Below are positions 62,791 through 64,000 of a stretch of 64,000 bases of DNA, one piece after another; position 1 is the stretch's first letter; the number at the start of each line of letters is the position of its first letter. The position numbers and the translations under genes were made by a program. The notes under the pieces were generated by a model. The model saw nothing but the letters and a program-made list of their open reading frames with translations. It searched no databases and was not told the DNA's origin. The DNA is taken from NCBI GenBank assembly GCA_951406725.2, contig OX597834.1:28210001-28274000 (forward strand). The letters are read 5' to 3'. Source of the stretch: Octopus vulgaris. Its lineage: Eukaryota.

Positions 62791-63528
62791 ATATATATTA
62801 TATATTTGCATATTCATCATCATCATAAACGATGATGATGATGATGATGATGAATATGCAAATGCAACTTGGAAGCATACACCATGCATTCGCTACTTAT
62901 TACAGGTACCCATGTAGTCACTACCAGAGATACACAGCCACACAGATCGACACCCTCTGAGTCCTCCTACCACCCTTGGCCTTGCAGAACACCCAGTATG
63001 TAACAGCTTGCGAGGGAGAGAAGGAAAGGACTGCAGCAATTCTGCTGAAAGAATATAAAAAAAAAACTGGACTTTGGGCAGTATTTGAAATCAGAGTGCA
63101 CCAAATTGGAACGGACGTTGCAATGTATTCTAACCAACATCTTAATAACTCTGCCCAATCAGCTGTCTGATAAAAGCCAGAACAAAGATTACAACAAGAG
63201 ATGATGATGATGATGATGATGATAATCATAGTGGTGGTGGTGGTGGTGGTGATAATGATGATGCTTCCAAACAAGGTTGTGATTGTTTTGTGCAGTATAA
63301 AGTCTAAAACTGATAATGATGATAATGATATTAACAGGCTCAGGCGTGGCTGTGTGGTAAGTAGCTTGCTTACCATCCACATGGTTCTGGGTTCAGTCCC
63401 ACTGCGTGGCACCTTGGGCAAGTGTCTTCTACTATAGCTTCGAGCCAACCAATAATAATAATAATAATAATAATAACCAGAATCCTTGTCTGGTACCAGA
63501 TCGATACCAAAATTTCATCAGTTCATGA

Positions 63529-63920
63529 TGGATGGATGGAAGCACTCCGTCGGTTACGACGACGAGGGTTCCGGTTGATCCGAATCAACGGGACAGCCTG
63601 CTCGTGAAATTAACGTGTAAGTGGCTGAGCACTCCACAGACACGTGTACCCTTAACGTAGTTCTCGGGGATATTCAGCGTGACACAGAAAGTGACTAGGC
63701 CAGCCCTTTGAAATACAGGTACAACAGAAACAGGAAGTAAGAGTGAGAGAAAGTTGTGGTGAAAGAGTACAGCAGGGATCACCACCATCCCCTGCCGGAG
63801 CCTCGTGGAGCTTTAGGCGTTTTCGCTCAATAAACACTCACAACGCCCGGTTTGGGAATCGAAACCGCGATCCTATGACCACGAGTCCGCTGCCCTAACC
63901 ACTGGGCCATTGCGCCTCCA
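63529..63920 (-). mobile_element. SINE family C with (TCCA)n tail and 10-bp TSD
   Basis: TSD agttcatgat at 63520-63529 and 63923-63932. Confidence 0.95.
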
Positions 63921-64000
63921 CTAGTTCATGATAGTCACGAGGCCAAACATCCTTGAATGTTTCATCCGAATCCATCAAGAGGTTCTTGAGATAACATGTC

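Noticed and set aside
263-63837. All ORFs in the supplied track (YI/TH/CV/SL-rich, poly-H/T/I, and recurring 'GYSRRHLPK', 'GTEPGTMWLV', 'RPRKDERQSRPRRN', 'VVPVFQRAGLV' peptides)
   Set aside because: They are translations of microsatellites or of non-coding SINE families A, B and C; the same peptides recur wherever the SINE recurs.

Overview
Eukaryotic, AT-rich, essentially non-coding DNA (a very large intron or intergenic region). The microsatellite load and the SINE families suggest a coleoid cephalopod, probably Octopus; this is inference from repeat content only. No protein-coding gene can be supported: the supplied ORFs are translations of microsatellites or SINEs. The window holds at least five SINE-like families, labelled here A, B, C, D and G, plus an old (CAA)n-tailed family F. 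It also holds TTAA-flanked piggyBac-type MITEs, hAT-type MITEs, two Helentron/DINE-like elements, Penelope-like fragments with hammerhead-like cores, 3' remnants of a CR1/L2-type and an RTE LINE, and many compound micro/minisatellites. The most notable observations are: (1) four segments of local composite DNA copied from 1-50 kb away into the bodies of SINE copies, one with an 18-bp flanking duplication and priming microhomology; (2) a strong minus-strand CAG|GTGAGT site with a 52-nt cryptic exon, resembling a recursive splice site; (3) fold-back palindromes centred on microsatellites; (4) closely spaced inverted young SINEs that could form dsRNA; (5) a few unique, motif-dense islands. Boundaries of diverged elements are approximate.
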